Notes: a model not told the origin generated them from the letters alone. Shown: positions 9,697-19,455, numbered from the stretch's first letter. The stretch: 64,000 bases of DNA from Muribaculaceae bacterium (GCA_017621055.1 JAGATX010000027.1:27551-91550); one strand, 5' to 3'. Numbers and translations are program-made.

Positions 9697-10767
9697 ATGA
9701 TAAGAAAAGCCCCTGCCATCGAAAGTCTCAACAAGCTGACACGGTATAAATTTCTTCTTCTCGCCGCTGTGGTTTGCATCCATTCGCGAATAGTGGATAT
9801 CAGTTTTGATGGCACAAATCCCAGTTTCGGGTCGGAGTTTATTTTATTTTTAAACGATTATCTGTTCGACTTGGCAGTACCGGGTTTCTTCATTATTTCC
9901 GGCTTTCTTTTTTTTCGCGAAGGCTTTCTGACAAAAGAACAATATAAGCGAAAAATGAAATCAAGGGTGATGACGTTGGTTGTGCCCTACTTTCTCTGGT
10001 GTACAATAAGTCTTTTAACGATTTTTCTTAAGAAAAGTGGTCCTCTGGCTCCTCTTTTCCCACAATATGCCGACTGGCATCCTACCTTTGTCAATATAAT
10101 CACAGGCTATTTTTCTTTCGTTGACGAACGTCCATTCGATTTTGTGCTGTGGTTTGTGCGCAACTTGATAATTGTTGTTGCATTAACACCGGCGATAGGC
10201 TATATTTTTCGAAAATTGGGCGTTTTCGCTTTGATATTATTCTTTACAGCCGCCTATCTGCCCATTCCATGGAGCTTTGGGGTCACTCTGGCTTATTTCT
10301 CTTTCGGCGCATTCATTTCGCTATTTTTTGGCGATATTATAGCATTTGCCAATAAATACGGATTCTATTTTTTGCTGGCTTATATTGCAATGTGCGGAAC
10401 CAATATGCTTGCCTATCACGTAACAGTAGAATATTTGTATATATTCTTGACCACGACAGGAGTGATTGCTTTACTCTGGGTTATGAACAAATCATTCCGC
10501 CTTATATCAAAAATCCCGAACGATATTGTCGGCACCGCTTTCTTTATCTACGCTTCTCACGGTCTGTTTATCACCGTTCTGCGCTCTTCAATAATAAAAC
10601 TTATTCCACCATCGAACTCTTTCTTCCAAATAACCGATTTTGCGCTGACCGCTACCGTAGCCCTTTTTATTTGCATCTCAATAGCTTTGATTCTAAGAAA
10701 GATCTGGCCCCAATGCTACGACATCCTGAGCGGCTACCGAAATCGTTACAACAATGCCCGACGATGA
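9697..10767 (+). CDS. Acyltransferase family 3 (membrane O-acyltransferase)
   Basis: Multi-TM protein with VVCIH, AVPGFFIISGFLF, LVVPYFLW, LWFVRNL and FFIYASH motifs. Markedly AT-rich. Start trimmed from the ORF track's 9199. Confidence 0.85.
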   Translation: MIRKAPAIESLNKLTRYKFLLLAAVVCIHSRIVDISFDGTNPSFGSEFILFLNDYLFDLAVPGFFIISGFLFFREGFLTKEQYKRKMKSRVMTLVVPYFLWCTISLLTIFLKKSGPLAPLFPQYADWHPTFVNIITGYFSFVDERPFDFVLWFVRNLIIVVALTPAIGYIFRKLGVFALILFFTAAYLPIPWSFGVTLAYFSFGAFISLFFGDIIAFANKYGFYFLLAYIAMCGTNMLAYHVTVEYLYIFLTTTGVIALLWVMNKSFRLISKIPNDIVGTAFFIYASHGLFITVLRSSIIKLIPPSNSFFQITDFALTATVALFICISIALILRKIWPQCYDILSGYRNRYNNARR

Positions 10768-12305
10768 TATAGCAGCGACAGGCTGTCGGTTTTTGTCGGG
10801 GTGGTGATGTCGGCCAGGGAAAGGACGGTGTGAAAGACAGCGGAGGTGTTGTAGCTGTGTAATCTGTTGGCCCTTAGCGCTGCTATCTTATCGGCGAACA
10901 AGCTGCCGTAGGTGCCGGAATACCAAAACAGACAAGCCGGATAATGAAGATATTCATCTTCGGTGGCATGAAGATAGACTCCGTTTTCGCCCAATGATTC
11001 CCCATGATCAGAGACAAAGACCATTATAGCGTTCCTATCACGCAGTTTGTCAATGATTTGATGGAGAAATTCATCTGTGGCTACAATAGTATTGTCATAG
11101 GAATTTATCATTGCCTCCCTCGACAAGTCACCCACATTCTTATGCATTATCTCCGGTTTAAATACCGCCTGATTTTCAGAATAATGCGACTTGTACCACC
11201 AATGAGAGCCTATCGTATGGACTATGGCAAGGCTCGGGGCAGTGTTGCTTGCGTCCATCCATCCATCGAAATGGGGCACAATATCGCCATCCAGCCATTT
11301 GTCGTATGAATAAAGCGAACTTAACGGGCTGCAATACACGATTGTGTCACATTCATGAGCAAAATAGGAATACGACGCGCTGACATCCTGATTGGCAAAC
11401 CATGCCGTTCGATACCCGGCCTTTTTAAACAGCGTGACAAACGATTGCTCCTCAAATGCCTTATCGGGATCATCTGCCTTCCAACAGGTAAGCAGATGCG
11501 GAACGCTTGCCTCGGTATACACAAAATCAGTATACATGTTGCCAAAAGATATGACGGCAGTGTCGGTCGCAAGATGAGGCATTGTATTCCTTTCATAACC
11601 ATTGAAGGGCAGATGGTCAGCCCGAAGCGACTCTCCTATGACGAATATTACATCCGGAGGCGTCGCAGAAGGCCCGGCGTCGACCCTCGTGTAAGTATTG
11701 CGCTCGGTGAGCACTTCATGGCGACTGTTCAGGTATTGTCTTGTCGAAAAATACAATGCGTATGGAAGGCGAGCGCCGACTGCCGGCTGAATTCTCTTTA
11801 TCAGGGTCACGGGGCAGAGTACTATTACAAATCCTACAAGGCCCAATACGACCGACTGTCTGTGAGAGGTGCGTACCCGCTTCCAACGTATATACACAAG
11901 TATAGCCGCCAAGGTAACCGACAGCAAAAACACAACAATCAATTTCCAATTTATCAAGCTGTCGGCCATGGAGATATCGGTGGCATTGGCAAAAAAAATC
12001 TCTACCGCCATTGGTGTAATGCTCAGACCTATGGCAAATCTGAAATAACACAGGACAGCACTGACCACTAATAAAAGCGGAAAAAGCACCGAGAACACCC
12101 ACCTGTTGCAGGTAAGCAATACGACCAGTCCACACGAGCAAAAAACTACCACGCCCCATTGAAGAGAGGTGACTGCAAAACTATAGAAATCGGACACGGG
12201 AACTCCCTGAAACTCTATAAGCCCGATAACCAAACTATATAGCAATGCTATGGCTGCGGAGAATACCCAAAGGGCGATGCTCTTGTCGGTATGTTTTGTA
12301 TGCAT
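10746..12305 (-). CDS. Phosphoethanolamine transferase (EptA-like, sulfatase fold)
   Basis: N-terminal TM helices, VIGESLRAD, T..SVP catalytic Thr region, HTIGSH, YDNTI, SDHGESLGE..Y.H. Start trimmed to MHTKH. Confidence 0.9.
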   Translation of the reverse strand: MHTKHTDKSIALWVFSAAIALLYSLVIGLIEFQGVPVSDFYSFAVTSLQWGVVVFCSCGLVVLLTCNRWVFSVLFPLLLVVSAVLCYFRFAIGLSITPMAVEIFFANATDISMADSLINWKLIVVFLLSVTLAAILVYIRWKRVRTSHRQSVVLGLVGFVIVLCPVTLIKRIQPAVGARLPYALYFSTRQYLNSRHEVLTERNTYTRVDAGPSATPPDVIFVIGESLRADHLPFNGYERNTMPHLATDTAVISFGNMYTDFVYTEASVPHLLTCWKADDPDKAFEEQSFVTLFKKAGYRTAWFANQDVSASYSYFAHECDTIVYCSPLSSLYSYDKWLDGDIVPHFDGWMDASNTAPSLAIVHTIGSHWWYKSHYSENQAVFKPEIMHKNVGDLSREAMINSYDNTIVATDEFLHQIIDKLRDRNAIMVFVSDHGESLGENGVYLHATEDEYLHYPACLFWYSGTYGSLFADKIAALRANRLHSYNTSAVFHTVLSLADITTPTKTDSLSLLYHRRALL

Positions 12306-12324
12306 CGGCAAAGAGAATCGGCGG

Positions 12325-13386
12325 CTAAGACAGGGAGCGGTAGAGGGCGAGGAGATTGGATCGGAGGGCTTCGGGGCTGAAGGAGGCGGCGCGGGCAAGG
12401 GAGGCGGCGGCGTAGGTGTCGAGAAGCGAGCGGTCGTCGAGGTAGGAGTCGATGGCCTCGCCCAGCGCATCCTTGTCGCCGGGGGCGAGAAGGCGTCCGT
12501 TGGTACCGTCGGCCACCAGATCCGGAATACCGCCTACGGCGGTGGCTATGATAGCCTTGCGGCGTGCCATACCCTCAAGGATGCACATCGGCAGAGCCTC
12601 GAAATAGGAAGGAAGCACCACTATGTGGGCGTCGGCATATGCCTGCTCCTTTTCGGCGCCGCTCACCCAGCCGATGAACTCCACGATGTCGGCAATGCCG
12701 GCGTCGGCGATAGCGCACTCGAGGCGCTGCACCTCGCCGCTGCCGCCAATGCGCACTTTCAGGCGTCCGCGCCAGCGTGCGGCGTTTTCGGCCACGGTGT
12801 CGACAAGGTCGAACACTCCCTTGTCATCGCGAATCATGCCCATGAACAGCAAGGTAAGAGGCGCGCCGGCCGCCGGTTGTGGCGCAGTGGCTGGTATTTC
12901 CACGGGGTTGGTGACTACGTAGACGTTCCTGAAGCCAAAAGTATCGGCAAAATAGCGTTTCCATGTGTCGGAGAGACCGACAATGGCGTCGGCACGACCG
13001 AGGATGGCCTTGATTTCGGGAATGCCCCGGCGGCGATAGTAGTCTATCGAGGCGCCGCTGTGGCAGTGGAAAATGACCTTATACCCTAACAGTCGCCCCC
13101 AGCGCATGAACAAGGTCTTGCGGACAAACGACTTACCGGCGGCGGAGTGCACGTGCAGGATAGAACGTCCGCGCAGACGCTCGAGAACCATGCGGACGGC
13201 GGCGCCTACGGCATTGAAAGCACCGGCAACGCTGCCATACCGCGAATTGGTGGCAACATGGCGGAAACCGGGGACCATGGTGCGGTAGGCGCACAGCACC
13301 GACGCCATGCCCCCGTGGGTTTTCAGCGACGGCCCTAACGTGAGTACTTTATTGAATATTTCGGCGTTCTCGGAGGTCATTATCAT
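12325..13386 (-). CDS. Glycosyltransferase family 4
   Basis: HGGMASV, FMGMIRDDKGVFDL, LPSYFEALPMCILEGMA (EX7E motif), VGGIPDLV. Confidence 0.92.
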   Translation of the reverse strand: MIMTSENAEIFNKVLTLGPSLKTHGGMASVLCAYRTMVPGFRHVATNSRYGSVAGAFNAVGAAVRMVLERLRGRSILHVHSAAGKSFVRKTLFMRWGRLLGYKVIFHCHSGASIDYYRRRGIPEIKAILGRADAIVGLSDTWKRYFADTFGFRNVYVVTNPVEIPATAPQPAAGAPLTLLFMGMIRDDKGVFDLVDTVAENAARWRGRLKVRIGGSGEVQRLECAIADAGIADIVEFIGWVSGAEKEQAYADAHIVVLPSYFEALPMCILEGMARRKAIIATAVGGIPDLVADGTNGRLLAPGDKDALGEAIDSYLDDRSLLDTYAAASLARAASFSPEALRSNLLALYRSLS

Positions 13387-13388
13387 GC

Positions 13389-13434
13389 AAAAAAATGGGG
13401 ACATGGGAGCGGCTGCAGCGGCTCCATGCCCCAC
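13389..13434 (-). terminator. Intrinsic terminator-like hairpin after tRNA-Leu(CAA)
   Basis: Minus strand GGGGCATGGAGC...GCTCCCATGTCCCC followed by ATTTTTTT. Confidence 0.7.
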
Positions 13435-13438
13435 TGAG

Positions 13439-13520
13439 TGCCCGGAACCGGGCTCGAACCGGTATGGGTCGCCCCATCGGTGTTTGAGACCGACGCGTCT
13501 GCCAATTCCGCCATCCGGGC
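13439..13520 (-). tRNA. tRNA-Leu(CAA)
   Basis: Acceptor stem GCCCGGA/TCCGGGC, anticodon arm TCGGT-CTCAAAC-ACCGA, long variable arm, TTCGAG T-loop. Promoter TACCTTTG at 13536-13543. Confidence 0.96.
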
Positions 13521-13587
13521 TTGGTTTTGACCCTGCAAAGGTAGGCAAAATTTTGCAAACCGGCAAAAAAACGTTGCGGTATCTGCT

Positions 13588-14370
13588 CTACCCCGTCTGC
13601 TCCGTTTCAATACCGGTCAGGCGCCGAAGATACTCCGCGAAGAGCGCACGGTTGACAATGTTGGCGTCGTAGATCCTGACAGAGCACTTTCCGCCCTTGC
13701 GCCAGATATTGAGCAGGCCTTCGTCGTCGTACTGGCTGCCAAGGGGCGCGTCGACGCGCACGTCGCGCACCTTTACATATCCGGGGCCTATCTCTATGGG
13801 CATGCCCTCTTCGTAGAAGATCACACGCCCGGCGGTGCGTAGTTCCTCTTCATATCGGACGACGAGCACGGGACGCCATATTTCCTCCATTACTCTTGGC
13901 AGGACGTTGGGAAAATCGCCGGCTCTCCGGAAGGGAGTATCGTCCAGGGCAATACGTTCATAAGGAGTGGCATAGAGATTGAGATCCACATAGTACCGCT
14001 CGTGTCTACCGACTTCAGTATAGAAAGGATTCTCGAGAAGGGGCGCCTTGAACCCGATATATTCGGCATAGGGGTAGACATCGTCGGACTTCACCTTGCC
14101 GAACAGTCCCGTTTTGCGCACCCTAAGGCCGCGATCGTAGAAAAAGTACTCGTCGCGCGGCCCGAAGCAGCGTGCCGACCAGTACCACAGCACATATATC
14201 AGGAAAATGGCACTGCCGACGGCGGGAATAAGGTTGAAGAAGGCATAGGCCCACAGGAACAGGCGCTTCCTGCTCGAATAACCGACAACGAAATTGCCCA
14301 GACCGCAATCGGGTACAGTGGTCTTGGACGCATCCAGGCGATAGCGTCGCTTATATTTCTCCAGAGTCAT
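13588..14370 (-). CDS. Hypothetical membrane-anchored protein (1-2 TM plus beta-rich soluble domain)
   Basis: 260-aa ORF with a hydrophobic stretch (LFLWAYAFFNLIPAVGSAIFLIYVLWYW) followed by a beta-strand-rich region. Confidence 0.7.
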   Translation of the reverse strand: MTLEKYKRRYRLDASKTTVPDCGLGNFVVGYSSRKRLFLWAYAFFNLIPAVGSAIFLIYVLWYWSARCFGPRDEYFFYDRGLRVRKTGLFGKVKSDDVYPYAEYIGFKAPLLENPFYTEVGRHERYYVDLNLYATPYERIALDDTPFRRAGDFPNVLPRVMEEIWRPVLVVRYEEELRTAGRVIFYEEGMPIEIGPGYVKVRDVRVDAPLGSQYDDEGLLNIWRKGGKCSVRIYDANIVNRALFAEYLRRLTGIETEQTG

Positions 14371-14387
14371 GCGAATGGACGAGCTGG

Positions 14388-15014
14388 TTATTCCTTGCGG
14401 TGCAGTTCACCGCCGTAGCCGCGTTCCCAGTGGACGCCGTGGTCGTCGACGATATCGCCGAAGCCGGTCTCGCGGGCGCGGCGGTTGAACATCTCGCCGG
14501 GCACGCTGATTTCCATCTCATCGTCGGGCACGGAAGGTGCCGACGGCGCCGGCTGCGAGAGCATGCCTCCGCCCGACGACGAGAGGGCACCTTTGAGCAC
14601 GGCGAACAGGAACACCAGACATAGAGCGACGAACACCAGCACCGAGCCGGCGGCGCCCATGAGAGCGCCTATCGCCACGCTTACAGTCATAAAGAGCATG
14701 CGGCCGAGCATCTCGCCGAAACCGCGGCTGGCGAAAGCGGCATGCGCCATAGCGCCAAACAGCACCACCACCACCAACGCCAGCCCTACATAGAGCACCG
14801 CATTGTTGCTGACGTGGAGGTCGAACATATTGACTATTATCCCATAGCCCATTGCGAGAGCGGAAATGGCCGTTGCGGTCATCATGAAACCTATGCCCGA
14901 CGGGCAGGGCTCATCACTGTCGTCCGAAAAGAAATAGTTCTCGATAGAGCGGTATTTCACCATGAATATTACGCCTCCCACAAGGGCGAGCAGGCCGAAA
15001 ATGAACTGTATCAT
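14388..15014 (-). CDS. Hypothetical multi-pass membrane protein
   Basis: 208 aa, about 5 hydrophobic segments, short acidic/Gly-rich C-terminal domain. Confidence 0.7.
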   Translation of the reverse strand: MIQFIFGLLALVGGVIFMVKYRSIENYFFSDDSDEPCPSGIGFMMTATAISALAMGYGIIVNMFDLHVSNNAVLYVGLALVVVVLFGAMAHAAFASRGFGEMLGRMLFMTVSVAIGALMGAAGSVLVFVALCLVFLFAVLKGALSSSGGGMLSQPAPSAPSVPDDEMEISVPGEMFNRRARETGFGDIVDDHGVHWERGYGGELHRKE

Positions 15015-15757
15015 TGCAGATTGACGGTCATTGAAAATTTTGCTGTGAACATTATGGCTAAAAACATGGCGCCTACCATCAGCAGGGCACCTATGGCGCG
15101 ATGGTCACCGATAAGGGCCACCGCCTCGAAGTCGCTCTCTCCATAGTCGGGTTCGGGCGCCGAGCGCTTGAGGAACTTCCACCATGCCATGGCAAGGCCG
15201 ATAAGGGCCACTATGCGGAGGTAGGATATGCCGGTGAAGGAGCCGGGAAAAGCGTAGGCGTCGGCTGCCATGGCGGCATATTCCAGGGCGCACGACATCA
15301 GCGACATAGCCACTATCACGCCGGCCATGTGGGTATCGGTGCCTCCGGCACGGCAGAGCGCCGCAAGACCATAGGCGAGCACCACGGTGGCGAGCGCCAC
15401 GGTGATATGAGGAGCGAACAGGCCGCTGACAGTGTGGAGCACGGCCCAGCCCATCAGGATATATCCGCCTGTCTGCCATGCCCGCGAGGGAAAAGTCGAT
15501 ATCTGCCAGGTGGCCAGACCCAGCACAACAAGGTTGAAGAGCGCGCGGCAACATATCATCAGCGGAGACGCCATGAAGAGTCTGAATTCCAGACTTGTTG
15601 TGATTCCGAACCACATGAGGATGTCGACGAACAGCACGGCGAAAATCGCCCAGCGGGCACGCGTCAGGGCTGAATAGTCGACTTCGTAGTACTCGTAGTC
15701 CGGTGCCGGCTCCGACTCATAGTAGAACTGGTCGTTGTTGTAGGAGGAGTAATTCAT
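15011..15757 (-). CDS. Hypothetical multi-pass membrane protein
   Basis: 248 aa, about 7 hydrophobic segments, Tyr/acidic N-terminal tail, ATGA overlap with the next gene. Confidence 0.7.
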   Translation of the reverse strand: MNYSSYNNDQFYYESEPAPDYEYYEVDYSALTRARWAIFAVLFVDILMWFGITTSLEFRLFMASPLMICCRALFNLVVLGLATWQISTFPSRAWQTGGYILMGWAVLHTVSGLFAPHITVALATVVLAYGLAALCRAGGTDTHMAGVIVAMSLMSCALEYAAMAADAYAFPGSFTGISYLRIVALIGLAMAWWKFLKRSAPEPDYGESDFEAVALIGDHRAIGALLMVGAMFLAIMFTAKFSMTVNLQ

Positions 15758-15797
15758 TGATTGGTTTTATTGGATCATTTATGAAATAAGGTGTTTT

Positions 15798-16784
15798 TCA
15801 TGGATTTAGGCCGGAGGGGCCAAGGACGGCCTCGGTGCCCGCGTCGGGGTTTGTTGTTTCGGTGGGTAAGGTGTCGGAGGACGTGCCGGCGGGCAGACCT
15901 TCGGGGATGGATTCGGGAATGTGGCGTTTTGCCAGCGGCAGAGTGTAATATATGCTGAAACTGCCGCCCACATGGCCGCCGCGGCTGCCATAGCCGGGTA
16001 TGTACCAGGGTTTTCCGTACTCGGCTTTGCTTTCGTGGAGGATGGCGCGGTAACGGAAGGTCCATCCCGCCGATATGGGCCCGAAAATCTTGACTCTCAA
16101 ACCCAGACAGAACTCGAACCAGCCGGCGGTCATCCTCTGCGAGGGCACGTTGATAAAGGCCGCCGTTCCCCAATACGGGTCGGAGACCTCCACATCGTCG
16201 ACATGGAAGCTGAAAGGCGACAGGCCGTAGCGCACGCCCGCCGTGAACATATAGTCCGGATTTGAATTGTACAGAAAATTATAGTTCATGCCAAGGCGGA
16301 AGTATACTCCCACGGGCGACAGGTAGTGGAACGAGCGGTCGGGTCCGTAATGGTCGGCCTGACCAAGACCGATTTCGAACACGGGCAGATAGCGGTTGTG
16401 CATGTTCAGCTCGGCGGCGAAGCCCACCAGGCCGTAGTCCTGGCCAAACGCACGCATCACGGGGTCCCACAGGTCGACGGATACAGACGCCGAGTATATG
16501 AGAGGGTATTCCATCTTAGGCACGCGCCCTATGAGTGTGGAGTCGGTCCACTCCTCGTTCGTCACAGTGTCGACGTAGATGGTCAGGCCGCGGTCGTCGA
16601 CGTACGATACCGCCCGCGCCCGGCGCTGTGCGTTGATGCGCGAGGTATCGGAGGCCGTCTCGTTGACGGGCTGCGTGGCCGTGGCGGGAGTGTCGACCGG
16701 CGTGGCGCGGCGCCGGCCCCAGGCGGGGGCGGTGACCATGGCTATGAGCATGGGAATAAGCAATAAGGCCGCCGTGCGTCTCAC
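15798..16784 (-). CDS. DUF6048-like outer-membrane beta-barrel protein
   Basis: GTG start overlapping the upstream TGA, signal peptide, amphipathic beta strands, WYIPGYG motif. Usual partner of DUF6452. Confidence 0.7.
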   Translation of the reverse strand: MRRTAALLLIPMLIAMVTAPAWGRRRATPVDTPATATQPVNETASDTSRINAQRRARAVSYVDDRGLTIYVDTVTNEEWTDSTLIGRVPKMEYPLIYSASVSVDLWDPVMRAFGQDYGLVGFAAELNMHNRYLPVFEIGLGQADHYGPDRSFHYLSPVGVYFRLGMNYNFLYNSNPDYMFTAGVRYGLSPFSFHVDDVEVSDPYWGTAAFINVPSQRMTAGWFEFCLGLRVKIFGPISAGWTFRYRAILHESKAEYGKPWYIPGYGSRGGHVGGSFSIYYTLPLAKRHIPESIPEGLPAGTSSDTLPTETTNPDAGTEAVLGPSGLNP

Positions 16785-17350
16785 TGCTGACCTCCTTCCT
16801 CGGTGTCTTCGGGATTGTCCGGAACATCGGGCTCGTCCGGACTATCCGGTTCTTCCCTGAAATATATTGCCACAGTCACGCGATCGATGTTCGTAATCAC
16901 CGTGTCGAGCATCACCACCGAGTCGATGCGGGTGTGGGTTGTGCGCACGCCGCGGACGGTGTACTCGTACATGGCGCCGCATTCCTCCGAGGCGAAGAAG
17001 GGGCGCGAGGTGTAGTCGAAGGCTATGGTGTCGGTGGGCGGCAGCGTGCCGGGGGCGCTGGCGGCATAGGTCAGGCACCACGCCGTGGCAGTAGCCTGCG
17101 AGCGCATGGGCAGGTAAACCTCGCTCACGCTCTGCGTGGCGCCCACAAGCACCGAGTCGCCGGGAGCACCGATGCCGTGGATCTGCATGCCGGACACCGT
17201 CACGGCGTTGCCGGTCAGCGACGACCGGAACTGAGCCAGAGGTATGGCGCTCTGGTTGTCGAGGCATCCCGTGGAATTGCATGCGCCGGCGGTGACCGCC
17301 ACGATGACGGCCACAATGGCGACAAGCAGGTTTGTGACGGCGTTTCTCAC
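16781..17350 (-). CDS. DUF6452-like lipoprotein
   Basis: GTG start, lipobox-like TAGAC, CLDNQS, VYLPMR, F.SEECG motifs. Confidence 0.7.
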   Translation of the reverse strand: MRNAVTNLLVAIVAVIVAVTAGACNSTGCLDNQSAIPLAQFRSSLTGNAVTVSGMQIHGIGAPGDSVLVGATQSVSEVYLPMRSQATATAWCLTYAASAPGTLPPTDTIAFDYTSRPFFASEECGAMYEYTVRGVRTTHTRIDSVVMLDTVITNIDRVTVAIYFREEPDSPDEPDVPDNPEDTEEGGQQ

Positions 17351-17360
17351 TTGATAATTC

Positions 17361-17888
17361 TCACTTGATAATCAGCGCTTCGAGGTCGTTACGTTTCTTT
17401 TCGGGCACGGCATCGGCGGCAGGATAGCCCAACGGCACTATCGCCATGGGCACTATGCCGCAGGGCAGCTTCAGGTCGACGGTGAGACGCGCCGGGTTGA
17501 AGTTGCACACCCAGCAAGTGCCAAGCCCGCGATCGGCGGCGGCAAGGCAGATATGCTCGGCAATGATGGCGAGGTCCACGTCGAGGTGGTTCTTGCCGTC
17601 GTCGGGGCGCGTCCATGCCTCGGCGGGGGCGCCGCATACTATAATATATGTGGGTGCGGACGTTATCCACGGGCGGTTGTAGGCCTGCGCCACGGCATGT
17701 CGGCGTTCGTCATCAGGACCTATCACCATCAGGCGCCAGGGCTGGCGGTTGCAGGCCGAAGGTGCCAGACGCGCGCATTCCATTATATATTCCATATCGG
17801 CGGCCGCGGGCACACGCTCGCTGTAAGCACGGCACGAATAGCGGCTGCGGCACAGGTCCAGAAAGCCGGATGCGGAGATATTGTTCAT
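17361..17888 (-). CDS. Nitroreductase family protein
   Basis: RYSCRAY, APSACNRQPW, LGTCWVCNF, LGYP. Start trimmed to MNNIS. Confidence 0.92.
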   Translation of the reverse strand: MNNISASGFLDLCRSRYSCRAYSERVPAAADMEYIMECARLAPSACNRQPWRLMVIGPDDERRHAVAQAYNRPWITSAPTYIIVCGAPAEAWTRPDDGKNHLDVDLAIIAEHICLAAADRGLGTCWVCNFNPARLTVDLKLPCGIVPMAIVPLGYPAADAVPEKKRNDLEALIIK

Positions 17889-18856
17889 TTCTCTTTTATG
17901 TCTATTGTTTCCTTGATTTGATACTCGTTGCGCTTCGGCGAGTTGCGGGCCACCAGTTCGCCGACAAATCCTGCCAGAAAGAGCTGGGATCCCAGGAGCA
18001 TGAGCACCAGCGAGATATAGAAATACGGCGAGTCGGTGACGAGGATGTAGCTGTGGCCGGTGTGCATGTTGTATAGCTTTATGGCGCCGACGGCTATCAC
18101 CGCCGCCAGGCCAAGCAGGAACATCAGGCTGCCGAGGAGACCGAACAGATGCATGGGTTTTTTGCCGAAAGTGCCGGTGAACCACAGCGTGAGCAGATCC
18201 AGATAGCCGTTGACGAACCGGTCCAGCCCGAATTTGGTTGTGCCGTATTTACGCGCCTGATGATGAACCACTTTCTCGCCGATGCGGTTGAAACCGGCGA
18301 GTTTGGCGAGATAAGGGATGTATCGGTGCATGTCGCCGTATACTTCTATGTGCTTCACCACCTCGGCGCGGTAAGCCTTGAGGCCGCAGTTGAAGTCGTG
18401 GAGATTGTGTATGCCGCTCACCTTGCGTGCCGTGGCGTTGAAGAGCTTGGTGGGCAGGGTTTTGCTCAGCGGATCGTAGCGTTTTTTCTTGTATCCGCTC
18501 ACCAGGTCGTAGCCCTGGCGGGTGATCATGTCGTAGAGCCCGGGGATTTCGTCGGGCGAGTCCTGCAGGTCGGCATCCATGGTTATCACCACGTTGCCGC
18601 GTGCCATGCCGAAGCCGGTATTCAGCGCCGGGCTCTTGCCGTAGTTTCGGCGGAACGACGCCACGCGCACATGCCTGGTGTCGGCGGCGGCAAGGCCGCG
18701 AAGCACTTGCAGCGAGCCGTCGGTAGAGCCGTCGTCGACAAAAATCAGCTCGTAGCTGTAGCCGCCGGCCGTCAGCACGCGAGTAAGCCAGGCGTGGAGC
18801 TCGGGCAGCGACTCCTCTTCGTTGTAAAGAGGTATAACAACCGAAATATCTGTCAT
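17885..18856 (-). CDS. Glycosyltransferase family 2 (DPM-synthase/ArnC-like)
   Basis: SVVIPLYNEEESL, VDDGSTD, FRRNYGKS, MDADLQDSP, DFNCGLKAYR, two C-terminal TMs. Confidence 0.93.
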   Translation of the reverse strand: MTDISVVIPLYNEEESLPELHAWLTRVLTAGGYSYELIFVDDGSTDGSLQVLRGLAAADTRHVRVASFRRNYGKSPALNTGFGMARGNVVITMDADLQDSPDEIPGLYDMITRQGYDLVSGYKKKRYDPLSKTLPTKLFNATARKVSGIHNLHDFNCGLKAYRAEVVKHIEVYGDMHRYIPYLAKLAGFNRIGEKVVHHQARKYGTTKFGLDRFVNGYLDLLTLWFTGTFGKKPMHLFGLLGSLMFLLGLAAVIAVGAIKLYNMHTGHSYILVTDSPYFYISLVLMLLGSQLFLAGFVGELVARNSPKRNEYQIKETIDIKEK

Positions 18857-19455
18857 ATCTGTGGATTATTGCCTCCTAACGGATGATCTATCGCATCGAG
18901 CAACCGTTGACGGCGCGCTCCGTCGCGGTAACGCCACACCAGAATACCGCCGGCTATCACGCTGAGCCAGAAGCCCGTTATAATATAGAGATTGATGGTG
19001 CTCGCCGCCAGCTGAGCCACCGACGGCAGCCCTTGCTGTGCCTGCATCTGCTCGAGCATGGCGCCTAACTGCGCAGCCTCCGGGGTACCCAGCGTACGGC
19101 AAGCCTCGACGGCGTTGTTGTATGTCTCCGATATATAGTCCGGCATCACTATCTTTATGAATGCGAACACCACAATGGCCTGAATGGCAGCCCCGAGGGC
19201 AAAACTAATCACGCCCTCGAGCACCAGCTGGAAATAGCTGCGCCCGAAACGGCTCAACCCATAGCTGCGGCGCAGCAGTCCGTAGAGATAGATTGGCAAC
19301 GCCACTATTATGCCCCACAGAAGGATGACGGCAAGACCGAATTTCTGCGACAACGCCACAATACCGGCAAGAACGATGAAATACAGGCCCAGAGAGAGTC
19401 CGTTGAGCCCGGCACGGTGCAGCAGTCCGGCGTTATGTGTGATATCTTTTCCCAT
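18853..19455 (-). CDS. DUF4199 domain membrane protein
   Basis: Four-TM layout with a central helical loop, in the conserved position upstream of GT2. Confidence 0.7.
   Translation of the reverse strand: MGKDITHNAGLLHRAGLNGLSLGLYFIVLAGIVALSQKFGLAVILLWGIIVALPIYLYGLLRRSYGLSRFGRSYFQLVLEGVISFALGAAIQAIVVFAFIKIVMPDYISETYNNAVEACRTLGTPEAAQLGAMLEQMQAQQGLPSVAQLAASTINLYIITGFWLSVIAGGILVWRYRDGARRQRLLDAIDHPLGGNNPQI

Noticed and set aside
9561-13520. Integrative element at the tRNA-Leu(CAA) 3' end
   Set aside because: No integrase and no direct repeat of the tRNA 3' end near 9.6 kb or elsewhere; only the low GC remains as a signal.
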